Shown here piece by piece: positions 8,094 through 17,124 of a stretch of DNA of 22,064 nt; the first letter of the stretch is position 1; the number at the start of each line of letters is the position of its first letter. The notes below the pieces were generated by a model. It saw nothing but the letters and a program-made list of their open reading frames with translations. It had not been told where the DNA came from and ran no database searches. Where the stretch lies: positions 125,015 through 147,078 of the forward strand of contig CAZNZM010000003.1 in assembly GCA_964577555.1 (NCBI GenBank), in the 5' to 3' direction. Source of the DNA: an uncultured archaeon. Lineage in GTDB: Archaea > Iainarchaeota > Iainarchaeia > Iainarchaeales > Iainarchaeaceae. A program made the translations under genes and the position numbers.

Positions 8094-9434
8094 GTGCTGA
8101 TGGTTGGCAAGCCGTTGAAAAAGTCTGACAGGGAAGTTTTTGATTTGATTCAATCTGAAACCAAGAGGCAGGAAAATGGGCTTGAAATGATTCCTTCTGA
8201 AAATAATTGTAGTATTGCAGTTAGGGAGGCGCTTGGCTCAGTTTTTACTGACAAATACTCTGAAGGCTATCCTAAAAAAAGATATTATGGCGGACAAGAA
8301 TTTGTGGACAAATTGGAGTTGCTTGCAATTGAACGTGCAAAAAAATTGTTTGGAGTTGAACATGTCAATGTTCAGCCTTACTCTGGAAGTCCTGCAAATC
8401 AGGCTGTTTATTTTGCGTTGCTTAATGCTGGAGATGTGGTGATGGGTCAGAGCCTTACGGCAGGAGGGCATTTGACTCATGGTTGGAAGGTGAATTTTTC
8501 GGGAAAAACATATAAAAGCGTGCAATACAATGTCAAGCCTGATGGCTATATTGATATTGAGGAAGTGAAAAGACTTGCACATGAACACAAACCTAAATTG
8601 ATTTGGGTTGGGGCAACTGCTTATCCGAGACAACTTCCTTTTAAGGAATTTTCAGAAATAGCGGAAGGGGTTGGAGCTTATCTTGCCGCTGACATTTCGC
8701 ATATTTCAGGGCTTGTTGCAGGCGGAGTTCATGAAAGTCCTGTCAAGTACGTGCATATTGTAACCACTACAACTCACAAGACATTGCGTGGCCCCAGAGG
8801 AGCAATGATAATGGTTACTAAAAAGGGAATTGAAAAGGATTTTGAATTGCCTTCAAAAATAGACAAGGCTGTGTTTCCGGGTTTGCAAGGGGGGCCTCAT
8901 GACCATCAAACCGCGGCAATAGCAGTTGCTTTGGGTGAAGCATTAAAACCACAGTTTAAAGAGTATGCTGCCCAAATAGTCAATAATACTAAGGCTTTGG
9001 CGGAATCGCTTAAAAAAAATGGGGTTAAGCTTGTTACTGGCGGTTCGGACAATCACTTGATTTTGATAGACTTGACTCCTTTTGGAAAGGGAAAAGGGCT
9101 TTATTGTCAACAAGGACTTGAAAAAGCCGGAATAACAGTTAATAAAAACACTATTCCTTTTGATCCGAGTTCTCCATTCTATCCTAGTGGCATAAGGCTT
9201 GGGACTCCTGCTTTGACAACAAGAGGCATGAAAGAAAAGGAAATGAAAATAATAGGTGAATTGATAGCAAGAGTAATAAAAAAAGTGGCAGTATATGATT
9301 TTTATGAAGACAAGGATGAAAGGGAAAAGGTTATACAAGAGGTAATGGAAAGAATTGAAAATGATGCTGAAATAAAAGAGATTCATAAAGAAGTTCTGAA
9401 ACTTTGCAAAAAATTCCCGTTGCATTCCAAGTGA
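8094..9434 (+). CDS. glyA: Serine hydroxymethyltransferase
   Basis: LEMIPSENNCS, TDKYSEGYPKKRYYGG, NVQPYSGSPANQAVY, the PLP-Lys motif HIVTTTTHKTLRGPRGAMI, and GLQGGPHDHQTAAIAVAL. The start is GTG at 8094 or ATG at 8100. Confidence 0.96.
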   Translation: MLMVGKPLKKSDREVFDLIQSETKRQENGLEMIPSENNCSIAVREALGSVFTDKYSEGYPKKRYYGGQEFVDKLELLAIERAKKLFGVEHVNVQPYSGSPANQAVYFALLNAGDVVMGQSLTAGGHLTHGWKVNFSGKTYKSVQYNVKPDGYIDIEEVKRLAHEHKPKLIWVGATAYPRQLPFKEFSEIAEGVGAYLAADISHISGLVAGGVHESPVKYVHIVTTTTHKTLRGPRGAMIMVTKKGIEKDFELPSKIDKAVFPGLQGGPHDHQTAAIAVALGEALKPQFKEYAAQIVNNTKALAESLKKNGVKLVTGGSDNHLILIDLTPFGKGKGLYCQQGLEKAGITVNKNTIPFDPSSPFYPSGIRLGTPALTTRGMKEKEMKIIGELIARVIKKVAVYDFYEDKDEREKVIQEVMERIENDAEIKEIHKEVLKLCKKFPLHSK

Positions 9435-9438
9435 AAAC

Positions 9439-10308
9439 ATGTCTGCAAAGATAATAGATGGAACAAAAATTGCAAAAAAAATACTTGATAATGCAAAAAC
9501 AAGAGTAAAAGAGTTGAAGGATAGAGGAATAGTCCCGAATTTGGTTGTAATTCAAGTTGGCAATGATCCTGCATCAACAATTTATGTGAAAAAAAAACAT
9601 CAAACCTGTCTTGAAATAGGTATGAGTTCTGAAATAAAAAAGTTGCCTGAAAAAATTTCATATGAAGAGCTTTCCAAAATAATAAAATCGCTTAATTATG
9701 ATTCAAAAGTTCATGGGGTGTTGTTGCAACTTCCATTGCCAAAACATTTGGTGGAAAAGCAGGTTTTGGAATTGATTGACGTGCGCAAAGACGTGGATGG
9801 CTTTCACCCTTATAATCAAGGCAGGAACTTGTTAGGTAAGGAATGCATGCCACCTGCAACTCCAAAAGGAATAGTGGCTTTGTTAAAAACAGTTTCTCAA
9901 AATATTGAAGGAAAACATGCTGTCATAATTGGAAGGAGCAATATTGTAGGCAAGCCTTTGGCTTTAATGCTTTTGCATGAAGGTTGCACAGTCACTGTTT
10001 GCCACAGTAAAACCGTTGATCTTGCAAAACACACAAAAATGGCGGACATACTTGTGAGTGCCGCTGGAAAGGAAAAACTGGTTACTGCAAAAATGGTGAA
10101 AAAAGGTGCAATAGTGGTTGATGTTGGAACAAACCGAACAAAAGAAGGAAAACTTGTCGGGGACGTCGATTTTGAAGCTGTTAAAAAAAAGGCAAGCTGG
10201 ATTACGCCTGTGCCTGGCGGGGTAGGGCCAATGACAATTGCGTCTTTGATTGAAAACACTTTAAAAGCGTGTGAAGAAATAGAAAATTCAAGCAATGCGA
10301 GAAAATGA
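9439..10308 (+). CDS. folD: Bifunctional methylenetetrahydrofolate dehydrogenase / methenyltetrahydrofolate cyclohydrolase
   Basis: VQVGNDPASTIYVKKKHQTCLEIG, GVLLQLPLPKHL, KDVDGFHPYNQGRN, CMPPATPKGIVALL, VIGRSNIVGKPLALMLL and TPVPGGVGPMTIASLIENT. Confidence 0.97.
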   Translation: MSAKIIDGTKIAKKILDNAKTRVKELKDRGIVPNLVVIQVGNDPASTIYVKKKHQTCLEIGMSSEIKKLPEKISYEELSKIIKSLNYDSKVHGVLLQLPLPKHLVEKQVLELIDVRKDVDGFHPYNQGRNLLGKECMPPATPKGIVALLKTVSQNIEGKHAVIIGRSNIVGKPLALMLLHEGCTVTVCHSKTVDLAKHTKMADILVSAAGKEKLVTAKMVKKGAIVVDVGTNRTKEGKLVGDVDFEAVKKKASWITPVPGGVGPMTIASLIENTLKACEEIENSSNARK

Positions 10309-10374
10309 TTTTTGTTGGTTGAAATTTTTGTTTACAATTCAATTTTAAAAACCAAACAAAAGTAATTTTATTGC

Positions 10375-10998
10375 ATGAAAAAAGAATTGAAAATAGGAGT
10401 ATTGGGTTCAACCAGGGGAACTGATTTACAAGCCATAATAGACGAAATTGAGGCAGGAAAACTCAATGCAAAAATTTCTTTGGTTGTTTCTGACAAAAAA
10501 GATGCGTTTATATTGGAAAGAGCCAGGATGCATGGCATAAAAAATTTTTTTGTTGATTATAAGAAATTCCGAGACAGGGAAATGGCTGAAAAGGAAATAA
10601 TAAAAAAATTGAAGGAAGAAAAAACTGAACTTGTTATTTTGATAGGTTTTATGAAAATACTTACTCCTTATTTTGTGTCTGAATTTAGGGGCAGGATTTG
10701 GAATGTACATCCAAGCTTGTTGCCAAAATATGCTGGCGGGATGAATCTTGATGTTCATAAGCAAGTAATAAATAATAAGGATGAAGAGACAGGTTGTACT
10801 TTGCACGAGGTAATTGAAAGAGTAGACGCGGGAAAAATAATAATGCAGAAAAAAATCAAGGTTTTGCCAAACGACACGCCTGAAACTCTTAAGGAAAAAG
10901 TTCAAAAGCTTGAACAGGAATGTATATTGAAAGCAATTAAAATGGTTATTGACAAAAAGTTAGCAATAGGGGAAAAAGATAAAAATGCACAGAATTGA
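10375..10998 (+). CDS. purN: Phosphoribosylglycinamide formyltransferase, folate-dependent
   Basis: IGVLGSTRGTDLQAIIDEI, LVILIGFMKILTPYFV, WNVHPSLLPKYAGGMN and ETGCTLHEVIERVDAGKIIMQ match the GART family. Confidence 0.93.
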   Translation: MKKELKIGVLGSTRGTDLQAIIDEIEAGKLNAKISLVVSDKKDAFILERARMHGIKNFFVDYKKFRDREMAEKEIIKKLKEEKTELVILIGFMKILTPYFVSEFRGRIWNVHPSLLPKYAGGMNLDVHKQVINNKDEETGCTLHEVIERVDAGKIIMQKKIKVLPNDTPETLKEKVQKLEQECILKAIKMVIDKKLAIGEKDKNAQN

Positions 10999-12520
10999 AA
11001 CAGCCTTGATATCGGTTTCTGACAAGACCGGGCTTATTGAATTTGCAAAAATTCTTGAAAAGCATGGAGTGAAAATCATTTCTTCTGGCGGAACATACAA
11101 TACTTTGAGTCTTGCAAGTATCAACACAACAAAAGTGGAAGATTTCACTGGGTTTCCGGAAATTCTTGACGGAAGAGTGAAAACTTTGCATCCGAAGATT
11201 CATGCAGGAATACTTGCAAAGAGAACAAATGAACATTTGGCTCAGCTTTCAAGTCATGGGTTTGAAAAAATTGATTTGGTTGTTGTGAATCTTTATCCTT
11301 TCAAAAAAGTTGCTTCAAAAGAAAAATCAGATATTGAAGAGGCAATTGAAAATATTGATATAGGCGGTCCTGCGTTAATAAGGGCTGCGGCAAAAAATCA
11401 TAAAAATGTCGGAGTAATTGTCGAGCCAAGTCAGTATACTAAAGTGGTTGAGGACTTAGAAAAAAATAATGGTTGTCTTTCAGATTCGGTGAAAAAGGCT
11501 TTGATGGTTGATGCTTATAGACACACTGCTTTTTATGATTCAATTATATCAAACTATTTTGCAGAAAAATATGGGGTGGCTGATTTTTCGGAAAAATTGG
11601 TTTTGGGTTATGAAAAGGTTTCGGAATTGAGGTATGGTGAAAATCCGCATCAAAAAGCGGCTGTTTATTCAAAACCAGCTTATTTTGGGATTAATATTTC
11701 AAATGCAAAGCAGTTCAACGGAAAAGAACTTTCATTCAATAATTATTTGGATGTAAATTCTGCTTTGCAGGCAATATTGGAATTTAGAGAGCCAAGTGTA
11801 GTAATAGTTAAGCATGGTAATCCTTGCGGCGTGGCTTCTGCTGAAAAAATTGACGAGGCTTTTTCAAAAGCATATGCTTGCGATCCGCTTAGTGCTTTTG
11901 GCGGCATTATTGCTTTGAACAGGGAATGTGACAAGGCTTCTGCGGAAAAAATAGTTTCATTTTTTAATGAAGTTGTAGTGGCTCCGGAATATTCCGAGGA
12001 GGCGCTTGAAATTTTGAAATCCAAAAAGAATTTGAGAGTCTTGCAAATTGACTTTGTTTCAAAAACTGAGAAAAAGGATTTTAGGCAAATTGAAGGCGGC
12101 TTGCTTTTGCAGGAAAAGGATTTTTTAGGCAGGTTTGAATTGGATGACAAAACAGGCATAAAAATTTCAAATGAGATTATTTCAGATCTTGAATTTGCAT
12201 GGAAAGTCGTAAAAAACGTGAAAAGCAATGCGATAGTTGTTGCAAAATCAAAAGCAACAGTTGGTATAGGCGGTGGTCTTACTTCAAGAGTTGATGCAAC
12301 CGAACTTGCATTAAAAAAAGCCGGTGAAAGGGCAAAAGGCGCTGTTTTGGCGTCTGATGCTTTTTTTCCGTTCAAAGATAGTGTGGAAATCGCTGAAAAG
12401 GCCGGAATTGTCGCGATTGCAGAGCCAGGGGGAAGTATTAATGATGAACAAGTAATAGACGCCGCGAAAAAGGCAAAAATAGCGCTTTATTTTACTGGTG
12501 AAAGGCATTTTAAGCATTGA
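10985..12520 (+). CDS. purH: Bifunctional AICAR transformylase / IMP cyclohydrolase
   Basis: ALISVSDKTGLIEFAKIL, ISSGGTY, DGRVKTLHPKIHAGIL, RYGENPHQKAAVY, VIVKHGNPCGVA, DPLSAFGGIIALN and C-terminal FTGERHFKH. It overlaps the purN end by 14 bp. Confidence 0.97.
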   Translation: MHRIETALISVSDKTGLIEFAKILEKHGVKIISSGGTYNTLSLASINTTKVEDFTGFPEILDGRVKTLHPKIHAGILAKRTNEHLAQLSSHGFEKIDLVVVNLYPFKKVASKEKSDIEEAIENIDIGGPALIRAAAKNHKNVGVIVEPSQYTKVVEDLEKNNGCLSDSVKKALMVDAYRHTAFYDSIISNYFAEKYGVADFSEKLVLGYEKVSELRYGENPHQKAAVYSKPAYFGINISNAKQFNGKELSFNNYLDVNSALQAILEFREPSVVIVKHGNPCGVASAEKIDEAFSKAYACDPLSAFGGIIALNRECDKASAEKIVSFFNEVVVAPEYSEEALEILKSKKNLRVLQIDFVSKTEKKDFRQIEGGLLLQEKDFLGRFELDDKTGIKISNEIISDLEFAWKVVKNVKSNAIVVAKSKATVGIGGGLTSRVDATELALKKAGERAKGAVLASDAFFPFKDSVEIAEKAGIVAIAEPGGSINDEQVIDAAKKAKIALYFTGERHFKH

Positions 12521-12865
12521 AAATAATTTTTTTGGAATTTTAATGGCTGAACTTGTTTTTTTTGTCAATTTTTTTAACCATTTTTTTGTATTAGCTTTTT
12601 TTAGGGTTGTTTTTTTGCCAGATGTTTTTTTTGTTTTTTATTATTTTTTTAATTTTCTAAATCAATTTTTGTATCTAATCAGTTTTTTAGCCAATTTATT
12701 TTTTTAAATTCTTTTTTTTGTCAAGTTTTTTGCAAGCATTTTTTTGAATTTTGATTTTTTTTTCAATTTAGTTTTTTTTGGTGAGCCATTTTTTCATGAA
12801 ATTATTTTTTTATTTGTTTTTTGCCTGTTTTTTTGAACATTTTTTAACCAAAAACCCTATCAAAA
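12521..12865. repeat. T-rich (+ strand) low-complexity intergenic tract, more degenerate member of the same class
   Basis: T-tracts with TTAGCCAATTT (about 12687-12697), GCAAGC (about 12731) and GTGAGCCATTTTTTC (from 12781). Confidence 0.65.
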
Positions 12866-12867
12866 AA

Positions 12868-12880
12868 CTTTATTAATATA
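12868..12880 (+). promoter_or_regulatory. Candidate archaeal TATA box for the ABC transporter operon
   Basis: CTTTATTAATATA centred about 27 nt upstream of the ATG at 12901, consistent with a leaderless transcript. Confidence 0.45.
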
Positions 12881-12900
12881 GATTAATTAATTTTACTTAA

Positions 12901-13851
12901 ATGCCTAAACCTGTTTGTTTGGTAACGAATGTAACTAAATCTTTTGGGCTTCATAAGGCGTTGGATAATATTAATCTTGTGCTTATGGAGCGTGAAATTT
13001 ATGGTTTATTAGGCAGTAATGGCGCTGGCAAAAGCACTTTGATTAAAATAGTTACTGGGATTATGATGCAAGACTTGGGCAATGTGCAATATTTCGGGCA
13101 AGAACTTGACAAAAATTATTCTAAAATAAAAACTTTGTTTTCAGTCGTGCCTCAAGACATAAGTTGTTATCATGGGTTTAGCGTTTATCATAATTTAAGG
13201 TTTTTTGGATTAATGTATGGACTTAAAGGTGAAAAATTGGATGAAAAAATAGAGTATTTGCTTGACTGGTTTCAGCTTAAAGAATTTGAAAAAAAGACTG
13301 TGGCTGATTTAAGTGGTGGTTATAAGAGGTTGGTTAATATTGCATGTTCTTTGTTGCATGATCCGCAAATAATTTTTTTGGATGAGCCAACCGTTGGTTT
13401 GGATCCTACAATGAGAAGATTGATTTGGAAGAAAATAAAGGAACTCAAAAACCAGGGCAAAACAATTTGTTTAACAACCCATTACCTTGATGAAGCACAG
13501 CAATTGTGTGACCGAGTTGGTTTGTTGGTGAATGGAAAGTTGCTTGTCAGCGGAACTCCAAACGAATTAATAGAAAAATTCGGTGGAGTAAGAATATTGA
13601 TAATGAAGCTTGACAAAATTATAGATGAAGCACATGCCGAACTAATAAAAAATTCATTTCCTGATTCCCGTGTTGAAATAACCGGCTCTGTGATAGTTAT
13701 TTCTTTTTCACAGGAGCATTCCCTTGAAAAAATATCAATTCTTACCCAATGGTTGAACGATCAAGGCTATGAAGTTGCAAGTTCGGTTATCAAAGAGCCT
13801 GAACTTGAAGATGTATTCCTTAATGTTACAGGCGAGAGGTTGAGAAACTGA
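12901..13851 (+). CDS. ABC transporter ATP-binding protein, ABC-2 / DrrA-like exporter ATPase
   Basis: Walker A GSNGAGKST, signature LSGGYKRLVNIA, Walker B IIFLDEPTVGLDP and H-loop TTHYLDEA. Confidence 0.95.
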   Translation: MPKPVCLVTNVTKSFGLHKALDNINLVLMEREIYGLLGSNGAGKSTLIKIVTGIMMQDLGNVQYFGQELDKNYSKIKTLFSVVPQDISCYHGFSVYHNLRFFGLMYGLKGEKLDEKIEYLLDWFQLKEFEKKTVADLSGGYKRLVNIACSLLHDPQIIFLDEPTVGLDPTMRRLIWKKIKELKNQGKTICLTTHYLDEAQQLCDRVGLLVNGKLLVSGTPNELIEKFGGVRILIMKLDKIIDEAHAELIKNSFPDSRVEITGSVIVISFSQEHSLEKISILTQWLNDQGYEVASSVIKEPELEDVFLNVTGERLRN

Positions 13852-15833
13852 TGCCAAAGAGCATTTTGTCAATAATTGAATATTTTCCAGGTTATAAAAT
13901 ATTGGCAATTGCGTCAAAGGAAATAAATTTGATAAAAAACCAAAAAGTGGCTCTTGCGTTGCTCATAATTTATCCTTTAATAGTCATACTTACCCTTGGG
14001 ACAGCATATTCTGGCGACACGTCAATTGGCAAAATAGAAGTTGCATTATATGCGCCTAATGAAATTTCAAAATTTGAAACCTCAAAACTTATTGAAAAAC
14101 TCAAAAAATCCGAATCTATAAACATAATCAAAGTAGACGACGAAAACCAAGTAAGGGAAATGGTGATGAAAAGAAAAGCCAAGGTTGGAATAATAATTAG
14201 GGAACCAGAGCCAACACAAGGACGCTTTGTGGTGGATATTATTAATGACAATTCAAATATAATAAATTCAGTTTTCTTTTTCCAAGTTGCTTCAGATTCA
14301 ATAAGAGCCATAGGCTTTCAAACGTCCCAGGAGATGCTTTCAGAAATTTGGACTGGCCTTGATACGATCAAGCAAAAACTTCAATTGGAATCTGAAAAAA
14401 TAAACGAATTCACAAAAAAACTTGGTGAAGTGGAAAGCCAAATAATTGATTTGAATAATACAGTAAACAGCATTGATGTTGAGGAAATGCGTACAAAGCT
14501 TCAAAGCCAAAAAAGAATGATTGATGAACTTGAACCAAAAATAACCGTGTTTCAACAAAAAATAAGTTCATTCAGAGAACTCAAACAAAAAAATTCCAAA
14601 AGAATAAAGAATGCAAAAATGAAAATTTCAGAATATAAAGAAATAATAAATTCTATTGATAGGCAATCCAAGGAAGCAAAAGAATATTGTACTTCAGAAA
14701 AATACGCAAACGCAGTAAAAAACACTCCAGAGTTAAAGGAATTGTGTGACCAAATAATTTCTTCATTTAATGATCTTCAAAAAATTATTAATGAATTTAA
14801 TTCATTGGAAAGAGAATTGACTGAAGCCGAAAAGGAATTTGATTCAATAGAAATAGAACTTAACAATGCTTCAAGGGATCTTCAAATAATCAAGCAGCGT
14901 TTTTCGCAAGTTCAAGGTGATATAAATTATTTTAACAGTCAATTGTCAAGTTTGCAGGGAACTATAAACAAAGTTAATGGGCTTATAAGCAACGCTGTTG
15001 AAACTGAAAAATCTATAAGAAACGATTTGAAAGACGCAGCAAAAATCCTTGATTCGTTCATATATAATATAAAGCAATTGTCAATGGTGAGTCCCGAATT
15101 TCTTTCTAATCCTGTCATAATAAACAAAAACAGTATTTATAAAGCATCAAAACTTGAAATAATAACTCCTATTGCACTTGTATTGGTTATAATGCTTACA
15201 TCTATACTTTTGACTGGTGTCTCTTTTGTAAATGAGAGAAATGAGGGGGCTTATTCAAGGCTTATTTTGTCTCCTACAAGTAAATTGGAGCTTTTCCTTG
15301 GAAAAGTATTTGGACAACTAATGATTTCAATTTTTGAGGCCGGCGTTATAATGTTTGTTGCAATATTTTTCTTTGGGGTAAGGATATCTGGAATATCCAT
15401 AACAATTTTTGATATTTTCGACGCGGTTTCTGGCAAGTCCAATTTAATGCAAATATTTTCCAATTTTTTCAGTTTGAATTTTATCCTTGGTTTGTTTAAC
15501 CTTTTAGCAGTAACCATCGTAATAGGATTTGCGTTCATTTGTTTGGGTTTGTTCATATCTAATTATACAAAAATGCAATCAACCACTATTCTTGCAGGTC
15601 TTTTGGCAGTCATTCCAATGATATTTATAAGTGGTATAATAATTCCAATGGAATTTATGAGTGAAATTGTTCAAAAAATAAGCATTATCCAACCTTTGAA
15701 CCTTGGAATAGTACTTGCAACCGAGGTAATAATCAAAAATACAATGATTGCAAATTTGGTTTCTGAATGTATAAAATTGATAGTTCCTGGCATAATTTTC
15801 TTTTTGTTTACGATTTTAAACAGGAATCTTTAA
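13851..15833 (+). CDS. ABC-2 type transporter permease with a large coiled-coil extracytoplasmic insert
   Basis: One N-terminal hydrophobic segment (VALALLIIYPLIVILTLGTAYSG), a long Glu/Lys/heptad-like region, then about five C-terminal hydrophobic segments. Coupled to the ATPase gene by a TGATG-type overlap. Confidence 0.88.
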   Translation: MPKSILSIIEYFPGYKILAIASKEINLIKNQKVALALLIIYPLIVILTLGTAYSGDTSIGKIEVALYAPNEISKFETSKLIEKLKKSESINIIKVDDENQVREMVMKRKAKVGIIIREPEPTQGRFVVDIINDNSNIINSVFFFQVASDSIRAIGFQTSQEMLSEIWTGLDTIKQKLQLESEKINEFTKKLGEVESQIIDLNNTVNSIDVEEMRTKLQSQKRMIDELEPKITVFQQKISSFRELKQKNSKRIKNAKMKISEYKEIINSIDRQSKEAKEYCTSEKYANAVKNTPELKELCDQIISSFNDLQKIINEFNSLERELTEAEKEFDSIEIELNNASRDLQIIKQRFSQVQGDINYFNSQLSSLQGTINKVNGLISNAVETEKSIRNDLKDAAKILDSFIYNIKQLSMVSPEFLSNPVIINKNSIYKASKLEIITPIALVLVIMLTSILLTGVSFVNERNEGAYSRLILSPTSKLELFLGKVFGQLMISIFEAGVIMFVAIFFFGVRISGISITIFDIFDAVSGKSNLMQIFSNFFSLNFILGLFNLLAVTIVIGFAFICLGLFISNYTKMQSTTILAGLLAVIPMIFISGIIIPMEFMSEIVQKISIIQPLNLGIVLATEVIIKNTMIANLVSECIKLIVPGIIFFLFTILNRNL

Positions 15834-16387
15834 ATTTTGGCTTTTGCAAAAAACAAGATTGCTAATATTAACAAAGGCACGCCAATATAAAAAATCAGCA
15901 AGATTATTGATTGCAAATTTGAGATGTTAAAAAATTTTTCAAAAACCTCGTTAGTGAAATAAAGATAAAGAGCCATGCTTATTGTAATAAAAACTGCTCC
16001 TGCAAATTCTGCAAAAGGGATCATGACAACAAAAGCCAATATACAGGCAGAAGCTGCAAGAAAATAGTTTATTGCAATTAGTTTTGGCAGTTCTCCTTTG
16101 GATGAAAAAATTCTTGATATGAAAAAAATTATTAAAGAACTTAAAGGTATTTCAACAAGCAGTGATATGAATATTCCAAGAAAAATCCAGCTTTTTGTTA
16201 GAATGTTTTCTAAAAAGTTGGAATTATATGTTATTACTGAGAATGCTGAGGAAATTGCCCAATAAAGAAAAGTAACTACTGCAAGAAGCAATATTGACAT
16301 GAAAATGCTGCGGTTTTCTTCAACAACTGTTCCGATTGGTTTGTAAAAAGTCATTACATCAAACATTTCTCTGATATTTTCGGACAT
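15830..16387 (-). CDS. Predicted integral membrane protein, possibly Yip1-like
   Basis: 185 aa with about five hydrophobic segments and a DVMTFYKPIGTVVEENRS...INYFLAASACILAFVVM pattern. Its stop overlaps the permease stop by 4 bp (tail-to-tail). Confidence 0.6.
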   Translation of the reverse strand: MSENIREMFDVMTFYKPIGTVVEENRSIFMSILLLAVVTFLYWAISSAFSVITYNSNFLENILTKSWIFLGIFISLLVEIPLSSLIIFFISRIFSSKGELPKLIAINYFLAASACILAFVVMIPFAEFAGAVFITISMALYLYFTNEVFEKFFNISNLQSIILLIFYIGVPLLILAILFFAKAKI

Positions 16388-16482
16388 TTTAACACTAATG
16401 AAATCTACAAAGTCCGAGAATTTAAACTTTTCTGAAAATTCGCAAGACTGTGCTGTGTTGTCATAGCGCCAATGTTTTTTAT

Positions 16483-17110
16483 TGTTTTGTTTTTTGCGGG
16501 CCTTTTTTTTGAAATTATTTTTTATTTAAAATAAATTTTTTTGTCATTGGCTTGGTTTTTTTTGAATTGTTTTTCTGATTTTTGTTTTTTGTTGATTTTT
16601 TTTACAAGCCAAATTTTTTTTTCAGTCATTTTTTTGTGAATTTGTTTTTATTTCGTTTTAAATTATTTTTTTGTTTTTTTAGTTTATTTTATTTTTTTTG
16701 TCTTTGTTGGCTTGATTTTTTTTGTTTGAAATTTGTTTTTTTTGAATCAATTTTTTGGCGTATTGTTTTTGTTTTTTGTTTATTTTTGCAAGCCAATTTT
16801 TTTTTCAGTCATTTTTTTGATTTTTTTTGTTTTGTTTTAATTATTTTTTTTGTCTTTGTTGGCTTGGTTTTTTTGGGTTTTGTTTTTTTTGTTTTTGTGA
16901 GCCAATTTTTTGCAACCCATTTTTTACCACTTTTATTTTTTTTAAAGTAAAATTTTGTTTTTGGTCTTTAGTTTGTTTTTTTCCGAGCCGTTCTTTTGAC
17001 AATTTTTATTTTTTTTAGTTTTATTTTTTGTGTTGTCTTTTTGCTGTTTGTTTTTTTTGAGACGTGTTTTTTATTTGAATTATTTTTTTGAATTCGCTTG
17101 TTTCTTTTCT
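16483..17110. repeat. T-rich (+ strand) intergenic tract with about 150-160 bp imperfect tandem units carrying TTGGCTTG and CAAGCCAA motifs
   Basis: TTGGCTTG at 16547, 16707 and 16859. CAAGCCAA at 16605 and 16789, GAGCCAA at 16899, GAGCCG at about 16985. TCAGTCATTTTTTTG follows the first two CAAGCCAA copies. Confidence 0.82.
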
Positions 17111-17124
17111 TTTCCGTATGAATT

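Noticed and set aside
11743-12375. 210-aa minus-strand ORF inside purH
   Set aside because: Antisense shadow of a well-conserved purH frame. No recognisable motifs.
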